Source: a virus. From it: a DNA stretch of 64,000 nt. Below are positions 35,791-44,466 of this stretch, one piece after another (positions within the stretch are counted from its first letter, which is position 1; the number at the start of each line of letters is the position of its first letter). The notes under the pieces were generated by a model that ran no database searches, had not been told where the DNA came from, and was given only the letters and a program-made list of their open reading frames with translations. The stretch covers positions 177 to 64,176 of IMG/VR virus record IMGVR_UViG_3300031146_000002; one strand, given 5' to 3'. A program made the translations under genes and the position numbers.

Positions 35791-37042
35791 GCCGACATCT
35801 CGCTCCGCCACCTGGGGTCTCTTCATCATGATCAAAACGTTGGCGGTGGCGCAGACGTTGGCGATCCCGGCGGTGTACGAGTGGTTGAGCCGCGAGATAG
35901 CCCCGAACTATGGGCATCTGTGGTTCACCGTGGGATGGTCGGTAGCGCTGACCGTCGGGATGGCGGTGTTGGCCTACTGGAGGTTCGATCCCCTCCAAGC
36001 CAGGCGGCGGATCGGCACCCGCCTCGGCTGGGGCGGGGCGGCAACACTCGCTTTAGTGATCTTGTTCCTCGCGAACCCGACACCGCCAGCACCACCGTCG
36101 CTGTGGGCTGTGACCTACGCAGACGAACGGCCAGGGGTTGCCCTGTACTGGCTGATCTGGAGCGGGCTGCAGTTCGCAGCCGGATTCGAGGCTTTCCAGG
36201 GCGGCTCGCGGCTCGCCCGAGAACTCCCGAATTTCCCATATATGCGCATGGGGATGCGGGCACTGGCAGTCAGCGGCCTGCTCGCAATGATCTGGTGCTA
36301 CTTCGACGCCGTGGCCGCGCTGATGAGCCTCGCCGACGTGTCGTGGCTGGCCGACCTTCACGTCTACCGCACAGCCCGTGACTGGACCGTGAACGGCACC
36401 GTCGGTTCGATCGCCCTGTTCGTGCTGCTGCCGGTGTCGGTGGTTGTCGGGACCGCGTTGCACCAGGCGGCCCAGTCAATCCGGCTGCGTCCACTGTGGC
36501 AAGCGATCATCGACGAGTTCCCCGAGATCACGGTCGTCTCACGCCCGGCGCCGGGCTGGCTCAGGGAGTGGTGGCGGCTGGTGTGCATGCCGGACGCGCT
36601 GCCCCTGCACCGGCGGGTCATAGAGATCCGTGACGGCTACCTGCGCCTTCGGAAGTGGCTGTCGCCCGACGTGGCCGACTCAGCAGAGTTCCACGCCAAG
36701 TCCCACGGGCTCAGCGGCGAGCGGCTGTCGGCCGCGGTCGAGGCCGCCATGATCATGGTCGCGTTGGAAACCAAGAAGCGCGGCTGGGAGCCGCCCGACC
36801 TTGGCGAGATCGGCGTCGGATCGGGTGTGGACTTGTCCAGTGAGGCCAGCTGGCTGGTCAAGGTCGCCGACGCGATGCGATCACCCGCGGTGCGCGCGGC
36901 GGTTGAACACGTCCTGGCCCGCGAAGAGGAAAAGGCCAAGGGGCCCCGCAGGTGGTTGGTGGAGCAGTACGAGCGTCTCGGTGTACCAGACCCGATGAAG
37001 CAGGTCGCGCGCGGCGTCGCGTCGGTTACGCCCCGGCGATGA
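35717..37042 (+). CDS. Multi-TM protein resembling MAB_1171c family (DUF6545-like C-terminus)
   Basis: About seven TM segments; LRPLWQAI, LHRRVIEIRDGYL.LR, SEASWLVKVA. Confidence 0.75.
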   Translation: MIKALLAISLWLCVAGLGFILHTHRPTSRSATWGLFIMIKTLAVAQTLAIPAVYEWLSREIAPNYGHLWFTVGWSVALTVGMAVLAYWRFDPLQARRRIGTRLGWGGAATLALVILFLANPTPPAPPSLWAVTYADERPGVALYWLIWSGLQFAAGFEAFQGGSRLARELPNFPYMRMGMRALAVSGLLAMIWCYFDAVAALMSLADVSWLADLHVYRTARDWTVNGTVGSIALFVLLPVSVVVGTALHQAAQSIRLRPLWQAIIDEFPEITVVSRPAPGWLREWWRLVCMPDALPLHRRVIEIRDGYLRLRKWLSPDVADSAEFHAKSHGLSGERLSAAVEAAMIMVALETKKRGWEPPDLGEIGVGSGVDLSSEASWLVKVADAMRSPAVRAAVEHVLAREEEKAKGPRRWLVEQYERLGVPDPMKQVARGVASVTPRR

Positions 37043-38783
37043 TCCGCACCGTGTCAACGACCGGCTCGTAGATCGCGAGTGCGATCGCCTCCGCCCGGTC
37101 GGGCGAGGTCACTCCTCGCTTGCGCATCGACTCCTTGCTCTCGACGACCGTCTCGCCAGCGGTGTTGGTCGTCTTCCGCGGGGCGCTGATCTGGTTCGCG
37201 GTGCGCTGGTCGACGCGCAGCCGCAGCGCCGGGTCACCGTCCGGCGGCCGCGGGACCAGCAGGGACCGCAGCGCGAGCCACATCTCGTCCCGCTTCCGGG
37301 CTGGCCGGAGTGTGGCCGCGTCGGGGGTGCGACGCGGCCGCTCCCGCACGTCCACGCGCACGATCTCGGCCTCGTGCTTGCCTTCCTCCCGCCACGCCTC
37401 GAGCTGGGACGCGACCGCCCAGCCGACGCCGATGACGTCCACCTTCACCCGCACCCGGTTCTTGGACCCGAGCGCCCGGGCGATCATCTGGGCGCGGAGG
37501 ATCTGCTCGAGCACCCGACCGGACACGTCGACCGCGTTGTGGTTGGCCTCGCCGGCGGCCCGGTGCTCGATGGTCACCAGGTCGCCGATCGCCCGGGCGA
37601 CGACCACCTCGTCACCGCCGTCGGCGGCCACGTCGACCCCGAGCCGCACCCACGAGCCGGGCAGCACCAGCCACTCCCGGGTCTCCTCCGGAACCCGCAG
37701 CGACGCCAGCGTGACCGCAGCCGGGTCGTCCGGCTCGTCCATCGCGATCGCCGCGTCCACCCACGAGCTCGGGATGAGCGTGTCCGGCCCACCGTGCGGG
37801 AACTTCGCGTGGACCTTCGCGATCACGTACCGGCTGTCGGGGCCGTGGTCCGCGATCTGGGCCTGCACCCATCGCTGGTCGACCAGATGCTTCGCGAGCG
37901 AGTGGGGTGGCACGCTCGCCGGACAGGACCGGCACTGAGGTGCCTCCTCACCCGTGAACGCCGGCGTGTCGTACGCCGAGATCGGAATGACGTTGACGTC
38001 GAACGTATCGCTGGCGTCGCCGCCGGCCTTGCTGGTGCACAGCCGCTCGAACCAGGTGTCCTCGTCGTCCGTGGGCGGGTTCCCGATCGCCAGCATGTGC
38101 GAGTCGGAGCCGACCAGCAGACCAGCCAGGTTCCGGCCGATCGCCGGGGCGATACCACCGGCCTCGTCGACCACCAGCAGCAGGTGGGGCGCGTGGATAC
38201 CCTGCACCGCGTCCTCGGCGTGCGGGGCCGCGGCGATGCCGTACGCCTGCGCGTGCTGCAGCCCCATGTGGTCGGTGATCGTCCACTGCGCCTGGTCGAT
38301 CCGGCCGGGCAGCCCGGCCCGGGTGACGATCCCGCGGATCTCCGGCCAGATCTGCCGCAGCACCTGACGCCACCGCGGCGCCAACGTGACCACCTTCGCC
38401 GTGCCGGGCGGGTGGACCATGTAGAACCAGGTCGCGGCCAGCGCGGCGAGCCGCGTCTTCCCGGACCCGAAGCACGACGGGACCGCGGTGACCTGGTGCT
38501 CGGCGATCGACCGCAGCACCCGCTTCTGCACCGACCACACGGCCTCGCCCAGCACCTGCTCGACGAACCCAACCGGGTCGCCCTGCCACAGCGCGTACGG
38601 CGTGCCCATCTCCATCGCCGAGGCCTGCATGACCACGGCGATGTCGGCCTCGCTCAGCTCCTTGAGCGCACGCCACCGCTGCGCCGGCGGCGCCTCGAGC
38701 AGGGCGGAGAGCAGGTCCCGCGCGATCGCCGATCGGTCAACGACGGGTCGACGATCGCGGACAGCGGTACGTCTACCGGCCAT
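37026..38783 (-). CDS. terL: Terminase large subunit
   Basis: Walker A (SCFGSGKT), Walker B (LLVVDEA), GNP motif, nuclease GVDVA..GGDE, SPDRAEA. Confidence 0.92.
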   Translation of the reverse strand: MAGRRTAVRDRRPVVDRSAIARDLLSALLEAPPAQRWRALKELSEADIAVVMQASAMEMGTPYALWQGDPVGFVEQVLGEAVWSVQKRVLRSIAEHQVTAVPSCFGSGKTRLAALAATWFYMVHPPGTAKVVTLAPRWRQVLRQIWPEIRGIVTRAGLPGRIDQAQWTITDHMGLQHAQAYGIAAAPHAEDAVQGIHAPHLLLVVDEAGGIAPAIGRNLAGLLVGSDSHMLAIGNPPTDDEDTWFERLCTSKAGGDASDTFDVNVIPISAYDTPAFTGEEAPQCRSCPASVPPHSLAKHLVDQRWVQAQIADHGPDSRYVIAKVHAKFPHGGPDTLIPSSWVDAAIAMDEPDDPAAVTLASLRVPEETREWLVLPGSWVRLGVDVAADGGDEVVVARAIGDLVTIEHRAAGEANHNAVDVSGRVLEQILRAQMIARALGSKNRVRVKVDVIGVGWAVASQLEAWREEGKHEAEIVRVDVRERPRRTPDAATLRPARKRDEMWLALRSLLVPRPPDGDPALRLRVDQRTANQISAPRKTTNTAGETVVESKESMRKRGVTSPDRAEAIALAIYEPVVDTVRIIAGA

Positions 38784-38820
38784 CAGCAGATCAAAGGACG
38801 TCGGTGGGGGTCACCGGCGG

Positions 38821-38848
38821 ATCATGCCCGGGGTGGCCGGATAGCGTC
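38821..38848 (-). promoter_or_regulatory. Putative late promoter (terminase)
   Basis: GACGCTAT-N14-CATGAT-N6-GTG of a 7-codon mini-ORF. Confidence 0.5.
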
Positions 38849-38868
38849 CTACGTGGTATCATTTGTGT

Positions 38869-38889
38869 GTGCGGGCGAGCGACCCGCAC
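38869..38889 (+). promoter_or_regulatory. Leader hairpin element with TATCAT -10 six nt upstream
   Basis: GGTATCAT-N6-GTGCGGG-CGAGCGA-CCCGCAC. Confidence 0.75.
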
Positions 38890-38905
38890 GGAGGGAGTTG
38901 GAAAG

Positions 38906-39139
38906 TTGGACCTGTTGTTCGACGAGGCCAACCTGCTCCTCGTCCCCGTCATCGACGTTCCCGGTGAGCGCTGCCCGGCGTTCCTCCTCCAGACCGCTGA
39001 TGGCAAAGAGGGGTGCGGGAACCACGACTGCGGCCTTGGCAACCACGTCCCCGGGCCCGGCGAGTGGGTCCACCGGTGCCGCTACTGCGGCTACTCGTGG
39101 AACCTCTACGAGTCCCCCGAGGACTGGGCTGCCAGCTAA
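38906..39139 (+). CDS. Small Cys/His-rich hypothetical protein
   Basis: Follows hairpin element; CGNHDC...HRCRYCG; TTG start uncertain. Confidence 0.55.
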   Translation: MDLLFDEANLLLVPVIDVPGERCPAFLLQTADGKEGCGNHDCGLGNHVPGPGEWVHRCRYCGYSWNLYESPEDWAAS

Positions 39140-39177
39140 CGTTGAGGCCCCTGCCAACTAGGCAGGGGCCTCAACGT
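39139..39177. terminator. Bidirectional terminator between convergent genes
   Basis: 17-bp perfect inverted repeat ACGTTGAGGCCCCTGCC. Confidence 0.75.
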
Positions 39178-39528
39178 CTACATCGGCCGATGGTGGTACG
39201 TGGTGGTCTTCTGCCTAGTGAACAGCCAGTGGAAGAACCACACGATGCCCCAGCAGCCGCAAGTCACGAACGTCAGGATGAGGTGCACCGTCGTGCCCAT
39301 GGCGCTCAGCCCGGTCTTGGAGACCGTCTTCGTCGGAGGCGGATAGCCGGGCGGGTAGTTCGACGGCGGTGGCGGATACGTAGCCGGCAACTGCTGCTGC
39401 TGGTACCCGGGCTGCGGGGGAGGTGGCGGGTACCCGGCCGGCGGGTACGGCTGAGGAGCTGGCTGCTGGTATCCGCCGGGGCCGGCCGGTGGTTGCGCCC
39501 CCGGGGGTGGAGGTGGAGGGGTCGTCAT
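39178..39528 (-). CDS. Pro-rich small membrane protein
   Basis: Pro/Gln/Tyr-rich N-terminus, then HLILTFVTCGCWGIVWFFHW. Confidence 0.65.
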   Translation of the reverse strand: MTTPPPPPPGAQPPAGPGGYQQPAPQPYPPAGYPPPPPQPGYQQQQLPATYPPPPSNYPPGYPPPTKTVSKTGLSAMGTTVHLILTFVTCGCWGIVWFFHWLFTRQKTTTYHHRPM

Positions 39529-39623
39529 GGCAGCACAGTCTGCAACATGCGCCTCACCCGGCGTTGCCCCAGGGTCCAAGGTATGCAGATGCCCCACCAG
39601 CAAGATCGCCGGTGGGGCATCCG

Positions 39624-39845
39624 TCATGCTCCGCGACCGCCCGCCAACCGGGAATAGTAGTCGTCCTCCATCTCGGCAGTGGCCGCGATGTCGAGCGTGT
39701 GCTGGTTCGCGACCGACTCGGGGCCGACCTCGCCGAGCGGGAGGCCGGCCTCCTGGTCGGCGTACTTGCGTACCCACGCCGTGTGGGCGGCCTCGGTTGC
39801 TCGGAGCCGCTCCAGGCGCGCCGCTGACGGCCTGACTAGAGCCAC
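39624..39845 (-). CDS. Small partner protein of GNAT effector (homolog of 55613-55861)
   Basis: GGGAGG RBS; overlaps GNAT gene stop; aligns with 55613-55861. Confidence 0.7.
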   Translation of the reverse strand: MALVRPSAARLERLRATEAAHTAWVRKYADQEAGLPLGEVGPESVANQHTLDIAATAEMEDDYYSRLAGGRGA

Positions 39846-42436
39846 AGCACTGCCTCCCACTGCGATCCCATGCCGAGCCGCAAACCCAGCCACGTGTCAG
39901 TCTGCGGGCTCATGCCGGGTTGCCGGCCGATAGCGACGAACTCAGCGGGCGTCGGGAAGTCGTCGCTCCCCAGCCCGCCTTTCGTACGCTCAAGAATAGC
40001 ACGAGCGTCGATGAGTTCGCGCTTGAGTTGATCACGCAACGCGATCAGCTTCGCCTCGTCCCCGACGTTCTCTTTCTTGATCAACGGCACCGTCTGTGTG
40101 ATCTCGTACCTGTCGTCGGCGATTCGCTCCGGGGCGCGCGGGCGGCCGCCTTCCCGCTCGATCCGGATGTCACGGAGGAGCCGGTTCACCGCCCGCAGCG
40201 CGGATTCGTTCTCGGGGATGATGACCGACCGGAGCCTGGTGATCATCGAGTCGGCAGCGTCCTGGTCGCGGAAGTCGAAACCCGCCCGGGCCCAGGCGTA
40301 CCCGCCGACGTCGAGGCTGGCGAACAGGTGGATTCGCTCGACCCCGCCGGCCCTGTACCAGGCCTTGAGGTGCTCGAGGTACTCGGTCGCGAACCCCTGG
40401 CCGCGGACGCCCGGGTTGAGCTTGAGGATCTCGTGACGGGCGTTGAGCCCGGGCCCGTCCTCGTCGTCCTCGGTCCCGTCGGTCAGGAATCGTTCGCCGC
40501 CACCGACGAGGTTGCCGTCGTCGTCGTAGATCGAGATGTCGATGACGGTCTGGCCGGGCCTGAACCGAACCTCGTCCACCTTCACCGTCAGGCCGCCGAA
40601 GGTGCCCTCGTACGCCTCCCGGATTCCCTCCATCGCGGCGTCGCGGTCGAAGCTGCCGTCGTCGTCGTACGGCAAGATCACGTCGCGGGGCAGGTATTCC
40701 CAGTCCCTTCCCTGCGATCCCCGGCCGGCCGCGGCCGATGACCGTGCCGGCCGTGCCCGTGGCACGTCGCCGATGGCCCCGATGAGGTCGCTGACCCAAC
40801 GGCCGGAGAGGATGCCGTGCCCGGCCGGCACGCGAGGCTGGGTCCGCCAGTGATGGTCCTTGGTGCCCCACGTGAGGCTGATCGTCTTGGTGTCCGCTGT
40901 GGCGTCCAGCAGGGCGAGGACCCCAATCACGAACGCCCGCAAATCTCCCTTCGGGTCGAACCGACTCTTCCGGCCGAAGGTCTCCTCCATCCCCGTCGTG
41001 AACACCTCGGAGTGCTCGAAACCGTGACGGGCCACGGTGAAGAGCACGCCGTCGACGGTGGTGGTCGGCTCGTAGGTCCGCCCGGTGTAGGCGTCGGCCA
41101 GCTGGTCGCGGAACGTGTACTCGTTCTCCTGGCCGCTGATTCCGGGGCGGGCCTCTGTCATCGAGACCACGGGCTCGACCACGCCGCGGTGGGTCGTTCG
41201 GCGGCGCAGCCAGGCGAACTGGAGCTCCATCAGCCCGGGGATCACCGACTCCATCTGGTGCCCGAGCTCGTGAACAACAACCTGCTCGGTGTGATCACGG
41301 AAGGCCCCGGCGTAGGGCATGCGGTCGTCGGCCCCGCCCTCCCTGGGCATGGCGAGGACGGCGCTGGTGCCCCGGTCGAGGTGGTATGCGCGAGCGCTGG
41401 AGGCGATCGTCAGCCGCATCTGGGACGATCGCTCGATCCACGAGGTCGGGTAGTACTGCTCGGCCGCAGTCAGCCGCTCACGCCAGTCGCTCCGTGCACC
41501 GCCGGTCCGCGCCGCGGATGGATAGACCCGGGCATGGGTGGCGCCGCCGAACGGTCGGACCTGGGCCAGCAGCGCCCGCACCGTCTCAGCCTCGAGCGTC
41601 CGAACCTCACGGCCGGCCTCGGAACGCTCCAACACGGCCCGGGCACGCTCCCGGCTGCCGGCGGGCAGGAAGGCGATCGCCTCGGGTGACAGGTCCCCGA
41701 CCGTGAGCCGGCGGGCCAGCTCCCGGTACCGCTGATGGCGACGCAGGTACGCCTCGGCTTCATCGAGGATCGCCTGGCCAACCTCGAGCACAGTGTCGAG
41801 GTGGCGCTCGAGCTCGGGCGACGGCACCCGTTGGCCGAACGGGTCGGTGCGCAGGGCGGTCTGTGTCCCGGCGGGAATGGCCGGCAGCATGTCCTCATCG
41901 GGTCCCGCCCGCTCCGCCGCGGCCCGCGCCTCAGCTAGGGCCTTCTCCGCGGCCCGCACCCGCTCCCGGTATTCGGCCACCACCGAGTCGCGCCCGAGCT
42001 GCAGAAGACCCTGCCGGAACTGCTCGGCGTGCTGCACGGGAACCGGGTCACCGTCGAGCCAGCTTTCGATGGCGGCGAGATGCTGCCGGGCCCGGTCGAG
42101 CGCGACTTCGGCCTCCGCGACCTTCCGGTCTACCGCCCGCTCCTGCGGCCGCACCCATGCGTCGCCGACCCAGCCAGCGCGGGTAGTCGGCAGGGAGGCC
42201 CGGGCCCGTTCGATCCGGGCACGGAGGTCGGCCGACAGCGAGGGGGTCACGCTGCTCCTCGCCGGCGCCGGCGAAGTCCGGGACGCCGCCACCCGCGTCG
42301 GGGTGCTCCGCGAGAGGCGCAGCGGCGCCCTCAACAGCGAGCTGGGTTTGCGGGCGAACCGGCCACGCCAGTCCCGCACGACTCGCGACTCGTCCCAGAT
42401 CCGAGCCTTGGTGTAGTAGCGGGCTGCCAGGAGCAC
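39836..42436 (-). CDS. Tagged effector fusion: HExxH peptidase + internal second tag + GNAT-like domain
   Basis: Leader MLLAARYYTK-ARIWDESRVVRDWRGRF; VVHELGH; TWGTKDHHWRTQPRVPAG..SGRW; PGVRGQGFA..VGGYAWA. Confidence 0.8.
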   Translation of the reverse strand: MLLAARYYTKARIWDESRVVRDWRGRFARKPSSLLRAPLRLSRSTPTRVAASRTSPAPARSSVTPSLSADLRARIERARASLPTTRAGWVGDAWVRPQERAVDRKVAEAEVALDRARQHLAAIESWLDGDPVPVQHAEQFRQGLLQLGRDSVVAEYRERVRAAEKALAEARAAAERAGPDEDMLPAIPAGTQTALRTDPFGQRVPSPELERHLDTVLEVGQAILDEAEAYLRRHQRYRELARRLTVGDLSPEAIAFLPAGSRERARAVLERSEAGREVRTLEAETVRALLAQVRPFGGATHARVYPSAARTGGARSDWRERLTAAEQYYPTSWIERSSQMRLTIASSARAYHLDRGTSAVLAMPREGGADDRMPYAGAFRDHTEQVVVHELGHQMESVIPGLMELQFAWLRRRTTHRGVVEPVVSMTEARPGISGQENEYTFRDQLADAYTGRTYEPTTTVDGVLFTVARHGFEHSEVFTTGMEETFGRKSRFDPKGDLRAFVIGVLALLDATADTKTISLTWGTKDHHWRTQPRVPAGHGILSGRWVSDLIGAIGDVPRARPARSSAAAGRGSQGRDWEYLPRDVILPYDDDGSFDRDAAMEGIREAYEGTFGGLTVKVDEVRFRPGQTVIDISIYDDDGNLVGGGERFLTDGTEDDEDGPGLNARHEILKLNPGVRGQGFATEYLEHLKAWYRAGGVERIHLFASLDVGGYAWARAGFDFRDQDAADSMITRLRSVIIPENESALRAVNRLLRDIRIEREGGRPRAPERIADDRYEITQTVPLIKKENVGDEAKLIALRDQLKRELIDARAILERTKGGLGSDDFPTPAEFVAIGRQPGMSPQTDTWLGLRLGMGSQWEAVLWL

Positions 42437-42442
42437 GCCAGG

Positions 42443-42470
42443 AGGGTGCCCGCCCCGACCCGCTACCGTC
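42443..42470 (-). promoter_or_regulatory. Putative late promoter
   Basis: GACGGTAG-N14-CACCCT-N6-GTG. Confidence 0.6.
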
Positions 42471-42488
42471 CCCGGCCGCGCCGCCGGC

Positions 42489-43145
42489 CTACGTAGCCTG
42501 CACGGTCGCCTGGACGGGCACAATCCGCTGGCGCTCGTACACGAGCTCGTAGCCGGGTCTCACAACGGTGGCCGTGGCGCCGCGAGGAATGGGAGAGCCG
42601 ACGCTGCGCATCGAGGTCGGGTCGAACCGAACAGTGTCCCCGACGTTCGCTCCCGCGACCAGGGTCATCCTTCGCGCGGCCGCGATCGACGCGACCGCAT
42701 CCCTGATCTTGTCCGGGTCACCGTCACGTAGCGCCCGCGTGAGGGGCGCGAGGACCCGCTGAACCTCCTTCGGCAGCCGCCCATGGGTGTTGGCCGCCCA
42801 GTTCAGCGTCCGCTGGCTGGCCTCGTTCTCGACCATCTCGAGAGCGTCCGCTAGGGCGTCGCCCACCGTGCGGAACTCGGCGATGACCGTCTGCCGAGCC
42901 TGCTCCCGGGCCGCCTGCGCCGGAACGCCGCGGTCGAGCGCGTCAGCCAGAGCACGCAGCGCGGGCGTCCGCAGGCCGGGAGGGATGCTCACGCCGTGCC
43001 GGCGCACCCGGGACCGCAGAAGGCTGAGCGGCGATCGCCGGCCGCCCGGCTTAGGGGCAAACCGCCCTAGGGCGTCACGGAAGACCCGCGACTCGTCCCA
43101 GACGCGGGCCTTGGTGTACCAGAGCGGCGCATAGAGAACGGGCAC
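42489..43145 (-). CDS. Tagged protein with GrpE-like C-terminal beta domain
   Basis: MPVLYAPLWYTK-ARVWDESRVFRDALGRF; GDTVRFDP...ATVVRPGY. Confidence 0.7.
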   Translation of the reverse strand: MPVLYAPLWYTKARVWDESRVFRDALGRFAPKPGGRRSPLSLLRSRVRRHGVSIPPGLRTPALRALADALDRGVPAQAAREQARQTVIAEFRTVGDALADALEMVENEASQRTLNWAANTHGRLPKEVQRVLAPLTRALRDGDPDKIRDAVASIAAARRMTLVAGANVGDTVRFDPTSMRSVGSPIPRGATATVVRPGYELVYERQRIVPVQATVQAT

Positions 43146-43152
43146 GGCCGGG

Positions 43153-43180
43153 ATGCTCGCCCGGCCGTGCCCGTAACGTC
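43153..43180 (-). promoter_or_regulatory. Putative late promoter
   Basis: GACGTTAC-N14-GAGCAT-N7-GTG. Confidence 0.65.
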
Positions 43181-43184
43181 CCGA

Positions 43185-43613
43185 TCAGGCGTCCCTGTAC
43201 TCAAGCGGTCCCGTGCGGCGGTGGGCAACGTCGACTCCATGCGCTACCTCGCGCACAAAGGTGCCGGATCGGCGAAGAGCGTTCGCCGCGTCGTACGCCG
43301 CCTCGCGGGCCTCCCCCCGCGTTCGGCCGGCGATGGTGACGTTCTGGTCGTCGGCGAGCTGCTCCATGCGGTCACCGAGCTGGTTCAGAATCTGCTGCAG
43401 GCTGCCCAGCGCGGGTCGGAGCCCGCCCAGGACCTCGTACACCTGACTCGGGTACTGCAGGGAGCGCGACGTCCGGGTCGCGTTGGCGATCCGCCGCGTC
43501 AGCTCTCTGATCGCCTCGGCAGCGTCGACAATGGCCTGCGGGTCGTGGGGGCCGTCGTACCGCAACACCGCGTCGGCCCAGGTATCGACGTTGAAGGTCT
43601 GCGGGTTGTCCAC
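43185..43613 (-). CDS. Hypothetical helical protein
   Basis: GGAGG RBS; 142 aa. Confidence 0.7.
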   Translation of the reverse strand: MDNPQTFNVDTWADAVLRYDGPHDPQAIVDAAEAIRELTRRIANATRTSRSLQYPSQVYEVLGGLRPALGSLQQILNQLGDRMEQLADDQNVTIAGRTRGEAREAAYDAANALRRSGTFVREVAHGVDVAHRRTGPLEYRDA

Positions 43614-43626
43614 GGGTACCTCCGGT

Positions 43627-43968
43627 TCAGTCGATTCTCTTCAAGGTCACCGTGGGCTGGATCGCGTCCCGAATACACAGGTCACTGACGGGCCCGATCA
43701 TCGCCTTCGGTTCGGGTCGCGGTCCGAGCTGGTAGGTGACCCGCCCGACTCCGGCCCCGAAGGTTCCGAACGACACCCTGGTCCGGTACGGGAGCACCTC
43801 GACGACGAAGTACGGACCAAATGCGCCGTGAAGCAGTCCCTCCACAACATTGAAACCGAGCGTGACCTCTTCATCGGCCCGGTCCACGATCAGCCGGTCA
43901 CCGTCCACATGCGCGACGATCCCGCCTAGGTCGAGCTCCATGGGCGGCTCGGCGGTGTTGTCAGCCAT
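43627..43968 (-). CDS. Hypothetical beta-rich protein
   Basis: Realistic composition from MADNTAEP; start revised. Confidence 0.6.
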   Translation of the reverse strand: MADNTAEPPMELDLGGIVAHVDGDRLIVDRADEEVTLGFNVVEGLLHGAFGPYFVVEVLPYRTRVSFGTFGAGVGRVTYQLGPRPEPKAMIGPVSDLCIRDAIQPTVTLKRID

Positions 43969-44017
43969 GGCCCCGGACTCTACTGGCAGGTGCCCGGGCC
44001 GCCGGGGTCGCAACGCG

Positions 44018-44266
44018 CTACAGGATGCTGCGCGTCTCAGACGTTTCCGACCCCAGCTTGTGCTCGGGCGGCCAGACGTGCCAGTTGCAGCCCTCGGTCG
44101 CGGCGCAGTACCAGACGTGGTGGCCGCGTTGCCCGGGGGTGCAGGTGCAGTGGGCAAACGAGAGCGACACCTTCCCACCTGTCCAGGGCTGGCCGCATCC
44201 GCCGCACCGGGCCGGCACCCAATCGGGCCAGTGGTCGGGTCGGCGCTCCCACGTTTCCCACGGCAC
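44018..44266 (-). CDS. Small Cys/His-rich (Zn-binding) protein
   Basis: CGGC, HCTC, HHVWYC...C. Confidence 0.55.
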   Translation of the reverse strand: MPWETWERRPDHWPDWVPARCGGCGQPWTGGKVSLSFAHCTCTPGQRGHHVWYCAATEGCNWHVWPPEHKLGSETSETRSIL

Positions 44267-44287
44267 ACCGTGGATAGTACGGGTGTA

Positions 44288-44458
44288 CTACTCCTGGGTG
44301 GCGTCTGCGGACCGGCCCTCGTCCTGCTGCGCGGTGAGCCGGCGGAACAGCTCCTGCTGTGCGGCCCGACCGCCGTGCAGGGCCGCGAGCGTGATCATCT
44401 CGTCGGATATCTCCGTCACCTGGTCCGACGAGATGATGCCATCGAGCCTGTCTGCCAT
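44288..44458 (-). CDS. Small protein downstream of zincin effector
   Basis: GAGGAG RBS; adjacent to stop of 44467-46806. Confidence 0.6.
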   Translation of the reverse strand: MADRLDGIISSDQVTEISDEMITLAALHGGRAAQQELFRRLTAQQDEGRSADATQE

Positions 44459-44466
44459 CGGTCTCC

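Noticed and set aside
1299-39161. Very long opposite-strand ORFs (e.g. 1299-3062, 28068-29570, 29585-31888, 31898-34177, 37374-39161)
   Set aside because: Antisense shadows of recognisable high-GC genes; Arg/Gly/His-rich with no motifs or RBS.
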